Shown piece by piece: positions 60,429 through 64,000 of a stretch of DNA of 64,000 bases. Position numbers and translations under genes: made by a program. Under the pieces are notes generated by a model that worked only from the letters and a program-made list of their open reading frames with translations, ran no database searches and was not told where the DNA came from. Each line of letters opens with the position of its first letter. Positions within the stretch are counted from its first letter, which is position 1. The stretch comes from Rubripirellula sp. (GTDB lineage: Bacteria; Planctomycetota; Planctomycetia; Pirellulales; Pirellulaceae). Location of the stretch: the NCBI GenBank assembly GCA_965216875.1, contig OZ244207.1, positions 3,840,001 through 3,904,000 of the forward strand, given 5' to 3'.

Positions 60429-60473
60429 GAGCACGAGCACGAGCAGGAGCAGGAGCAGGAGCACGAGTACGAG
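60429..60473 (+). repeat. Hexanucleotide tandem repeat (GAGYAS), about 7.5 units
   Basis: GAGCAC GAGCAC GAGCAG GAGCAG GAGCAG GAGCAC GAGTAC GAG, intergenic. Confidence 0.85.
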
Positions 60474-60795
60474 GTAGAAGGACGAGTATCGGGCTGGGCC
60501 TTGGGTACGATTTTCGATGACGATGACGATTCGTTTTTCAGCATCGCTTCACCGACGCAAACAGGCATCCCACGCCCCGCCGACGCTCGTGCGGCATATA
60601 TCCAAAATTACGCGGCTATTTAGGTGCTTTACGGATACGACCGTCGGTTCGTATCCTATTCTATCCAGTCCAGAAAGCCCCCTCGCCTGATCGCAGACCA
60701 TCGTCCACCACGACGCGATGCGATCGCTCGCCGAATTGGAACCAGCCCCCAACAAGTGCGAGTGTCAGCGGCACCGGAATTCGAAGGTCGATCTG

Positions 60796-62115
60796 TTGTC
60801 CGAAGTCTTCAACCACGTTGTTTGCCCTGGTTGCGCCTGTTTGTGCGATGACATCACCCTTCGATTCGACGAGGGCGAGCAGACAGGTGAAAACCGACTC
60901 GGGCAATTTGAACCGCACTGCAAACTGGGACGTCAGTGGTTCGAAAACCATGCGTCGGCAACCGGGGCAGCTGCCGAAATCGAAGGGGCGGCGACCGAAT
61001 TGGATGCGGCCATCGAACGTGCCGTCGAACTTCTTCAACAAAGTGACTACCCACTCGTCTACGGGCTCTCGCGAAGTTCAACACCCGGACAACGCGCAGC
61101 AGTCGAGCTGGCCGAATGGCTCGGCGGCGCCGTCGACACGACGGCATCCCTTTGCCATGGTCCGTCGATCATGGCGCTGCAGGAATTTGGCGAAGTCACC
61201 TGCACACTCGGTGAAATCCGGAACCGTTCCGACCTGGTGATCTTTTGGGGCTGCAACCCAGCCGACTCGCATCCACGGCACGCCGAACGCTACTCGGTCA
61301 ATGCGAACGGCAAATACCTGCCCGGCGGTCGCAGCGATCGAAAAGTCGTGATGATTGGTGACGCCGACAAAATCAACGACTGGAAGCTCGACGACGAAGG
61401 GACCGAACCCGACCTGCGCATCGCAGTGGAACCTGGTCGCGACTTCGAGCTGCTCTCGAAACTCAAGATGATGCTCGAGGGCGAACCCGCACCTGAGGGC
61501 CGTGACGATCTCGACCAACTGATGTCGATGATGCGAGCTTGCAAATTTGGTGTTTTCTTCTTTGGCCTCGGATTGGCCGAAACCGGTGCCTGGGGTGGAA
61601 CACGACGAACCGGCACCGGCCATATCAACGTCTCGGCGCTGCTTCACCTGGTCGCTGAACTCAATGCAGTGACTCGGTTCACCGCCCGACGGATGCGTCT
61701 GCAGGGTGATGTTTCCGGCGCCGACAATGTCCTGCTTTGGCAAACGGCCTATCCCTTCGCCGTCGACTATTCGCGTGGTTTTCCACGCTACAACCCGGGT
61801 GAATACACCGCCAACGAATTGCTTGAGCGTCAGGACGTCGACCTGGCACTCTTCGTCGGGGCCGAAACGGTCCCCTACTTCACGGATTCGGCGCGCGAAG
61901 CACTCGGCAAGATTCCAACGATCGTGTTGGATTACCCCGGAGCTGCGAGGAACCTCGAGGGAACGGTTCGTTTCAACACGTCGGTCTACGGCATTCACGC
62001 CAAGGGAACGGCCTACCGAATGGACAATGTCCCCATGCGACTGGAAAAAATGCTCGACAGCGATCTGCCAACGGACGAAACCGTTCTGCGCTGCCTACTC
62101 GATGCCGTTCGCTAA
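60796..62115 (+). CDS. fwdB: Formylmethanofuran dehydrogenase subunit B / formyltransferase-hydrolase complex beta subunit
   Basis: VVCPGCACLCDDI, DTTASLCHGPS, TCTLGEIRNRSDLVIFWGCNP..HPRH..RY, GTAYRMDNVP; TTG 60796 preferred over ATG 60718. Confidence 0.9.
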   Translation: MSEVFNHVVCPGCACLCDDITLRFDEGEQTGENRLGQFEPHCKLGRQWFENHASATGAAAEIEGAATELDAAIERAVELLQQSDYPLVYGLSRSSTPGQRAAVELAEWLGGAVDTTASLCHGPSIMALQEFGEVTCTLGEIRNRSDLVIFWGCNPADSHPRHAERYSVNANGKYLPGGRSDRKVVMIGDADKINDWKLDDEGTEPDLRIAVEPGRDFELLSKLKMMLEGEPAPEGRDDLDQLMSMMRACKFGVFFFGLGLAETGAWGGTRRTGTGHINVSALLHLVAELNAVTRFTARRMRLQGDVSGADNVLLWQTAYPFAVDYSRGFPRYNPGEYTANELLERQDVDLALFVGAETVPYFTDSAREALGKIPTIVLDYPGAARNLEGTVRFNTSVYGIHAKGTAYRMDNVPMRLEKMLDSDLPTDETVLRCLLDAVR

Positions 62116-62195
62116 GGTCTGCGATTGGGGACGCTTCTGCCGTCGTCTCGACCAATCTTTGCCTCGCTGTAGCCCAGCCTGATTCGGCCCGCTCA

Positions 62196-62672
62196 TCAAT
62201 TGGCTGACTGCAGATAGTACAGCCGTCTCGTTTTCCGGTCGTAGACAACATTGCTCACGTGTCCCCCATCGCCGAAGTGCCAAAGATAGCGATCCGGTTG
62301 ATTCGTGATTTGAACGAAGGCAAGCTCGTGTGCTGGCACCGAGTGGTCGGGAAGCTCAGGAATCTTGCCTCGCGTGTCGAGTGGTCGATTGATCGAAGCA
62401 GCCCAATCGGTCGCCTCGGATTCAGCACAAGTGGATTCGGCCGTGATCCACCAGGCACTTTGGTAGGTCCGAAGTCGAATATCGCGAGCACGCTCAGGAA
62501 CGTACGGCTGAAACCGTTCGGGGAGCTCCGTTGCGCTATCCGCGGTGAAGTACTGATTCTCGGGAAACAAGACGTCGCGCACGAACGTCTGACTCGCGAT
62601 CGCAACTAGAATCGCTGACCCGCCAACGACGACGAGCAATGAACGGAATGAGTATCGCACGAGATTCAACAA
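62196..62672 (-). CDS. Membrane-anchored hypothetical protein
   Basis: RYSFRSLLVVV anchor; soluble C-terminus ending YDRKTRRLYY; GTG 62660 is an alternative start. Confidence 0.7.
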   Translation of the reverse strand: MLNLVRYSFRSLLVVVGGSAILVAIASQTFVRDVLFPENQYFTADSATELPERFQPYVPERARDIRLRTYQSAWWITAESTCAESEATDWAASINRPLDTRGKIPELPDHSVPAHELAFVQITNQPDRYLWHFGDGGHVSNVVYDRKTRRLYYLQSAN

Positions 62673-62711
62673 AAGTAAGACATGTAAATGATCGCGAGTC
62701 CATACATCCCG

Positions 62712-63026
62712 TTAACCACGCGACCACCCATTTGCCGTTAAAAGGCCGAACAGTGCCACAACGAGAGCGCCAAAGACGGAACCGAGGAATGCGCAAAGCA
62801 GCATACACGGCCAAACGAATATCACTGTGAAATCGCCCGCATCGTCAAACAGGGTGAGCCCACCGAAGAATCCTGTCAGCGCACCCGCAACACACCCGAA
62901 AACGGATCCGACAAGTAATAGAAATGTCGCTCCCACAGCGCGAGTAGCTTTCCCTCGTAGCCGCCGGTTCTCTGGCGGCACATTAACTCGCGCACTTGGT
63001 GGCTCGTAAGGACTCGGGCCTTCCAT
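62712..63026 (-). CDS. Small two-TM hypothetical protein with SPYEPP N-terminus
   Basis: MEGPSPYEPPS, two Gly-rich hydrophobic helices. Confidence 0.65.
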   Translation of the reverse strand: MEGPSPYEPPSARVNVPPENRRLRGKATRAVGATFLLLVGSVFGCVAGALTGFFGGLTLFDDAGDFTVIFVWPCMLLCAFLGSVFGALVVALFGLLTANGWSRG

Positions 63027-63217
63027 ATATCCCAACACTTGATCATCGCATCAACTCAGGTCAATCCTGGCGCGAACTTGCACTGACTATCCCGCAAGTC
63101 TATCGGGCGGGATGGTGTGCGGCAAACTCGGCGTCGTTTCATCAAACGTCACCGTCACGCCACTCTCGGTTCGCCACGGTCTGCATAGTAACGCGCGCTT
63201 ATACGCTTCCGCGGACC

Positions 63218-63523
63218 GTAGCTACCTTCGCCAGAAGGTGGTTTCCATTGGTCGACCACTTTCCACTATCACCACGCTCTAGCGAGCGTATCGACGAAGC
63301 GTGGAATGGCCGTTCGGAGTCGAGCCTTCAGGCGTCAAAATGCAGTTTGTGAGAAGATTCCGGCTAAAGCTCGGTACTACGAACTGCCGGCTCCCCCAAA
63401 AAAGCTCAGCCTCTCTGCGTAGAAACGCACGGTGCCAACCGTGCATCCGTACGCGATTGCGTCGGCACTCCGAGGTGCCCAAAACCAATGCAAGGCCCGA
63501 CGCTAGCGCGTTCGGCTCATGAA
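63218..63523. repeat. Mosaic of three inverted REP-like pairs (families B, F, E)
   Basis: B pair 63218-63241/63272-63295; F pair 63312-63334/63360-63384; E pair ~63441-63468/63493-63523. Confidence 0.82.
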
Positions 63524-63526
63524 TAG

Positions 63527-63919
63527 TCAGAATCGTCCGGGACGATGCAGCTTTGAACGCTGGAATGCCCTGGCACATCCAAGCATCACAAAAAACGCAC
63601 CGGTAATTGCAACGACGAACGGAATCCGGAGGGTGAAGACGAATGACAAGAGATACCCGCCAAAGGCAATGCTCATACCGAAGACGATGATTCCAATGCC
63701 CTGCAATCGTTCGACCCGCAAGCGAGCGATCACGGCATCCGTCGCAACGGCCTCAGCAGTTGAAGTGTCGAGTCCCATGCATTGAATCTTCTTCGAGATC
63801 GAACCGACGACGGCGCCACCCGACGCAAGCTTCACTGCGGCTTGTCTAGCCTTTCGCAATGCGGCCTCGTCAACTTGAGTTGGTGCGTCTTTTTCGACAA
63901 CTGAATAAGGATTCAACAA
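63527..63919 (-). CDS. Small membrane protein with NPY N-terminus
   Basis: MLNPYS, helical middle, two C-terminal TMs; TTG start. Confidence 0.65.
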   Translation of the reverse strand: MLNPYSVVEKDAPTQVDEAALRKARQAAVKLASGGAVVGSISKKIQCMGLDTSTAEAVATDAVIARLRVERLQGIGIIVFGMSIAFGGYLLSFVFTLRIPFVVAITGAFFVMLGCARAFQRSKLHRPGRF

Positions 63920-64000
63920 TTGCTCCGAAGCAGAGATTTGCGTAGGCGGGAACCTAGTATCGCGGATGGAAGTGTCTTGAGTTGAAGTTCACCCAAGTTA

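Noticed and set aside
60321..60623. 100-aa ORF with EHEHEQEQ tract and an ITGAGPVG motif
   Set aside because: The tract is the translated hexamer repeat, and the Rossmann-like motif has no following domain.

Overview
GC-rich chromosomal window from a planctomycete, very likely Pirellulaceae. Evidence: planctomycete-type 16S rRNA, DUF1559, PSCyt/DUF1549/DUF1553 + DUF1501, TIGR02996 domain and a stand-alone fwdB/fhcB. Contents in order: fumC (partial); TIGR02996-DUF1963 protein; actP + DUF485; a Tat-signal amidinotransferase; a sigma54 two-component pair divergent from a DUF1559 prepilin-like gene with a clear -24/-12 promoter; a hairpin-dense ~270-nt intergenic stretch; a ~12.5-kb MoxR-DUF58-BatA/VWA-VWA-coiled-coil-TPR operon; a self-contained chemosensory cluster (cheX-cheX-cheY divergent from cheA-cheW-mcp-cheB-cheR) bracketed by inverted copies of one repeat; O-methyltransferase; AIM24; accessory membrane genes; an unlinked 16S rRNA gene with unusual primer-site substitutions; HDOD protein; AAA ATPase; regB/regA; UvrB/C-motif protein; arfB; a secreted transglutaminase-like protein; ppnP; a sulfotransferase; a degenerate CpsB/CapC-like PHP protein; PSCyt-DUF1501; fwdB. 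Intergenic DNA carries at least six short palindromic repeat families in mosaics. I saw no CRISPR array, tRNA, transposase, integrase or phage gene. All calls are by-eye motif recognition; no searches were run.
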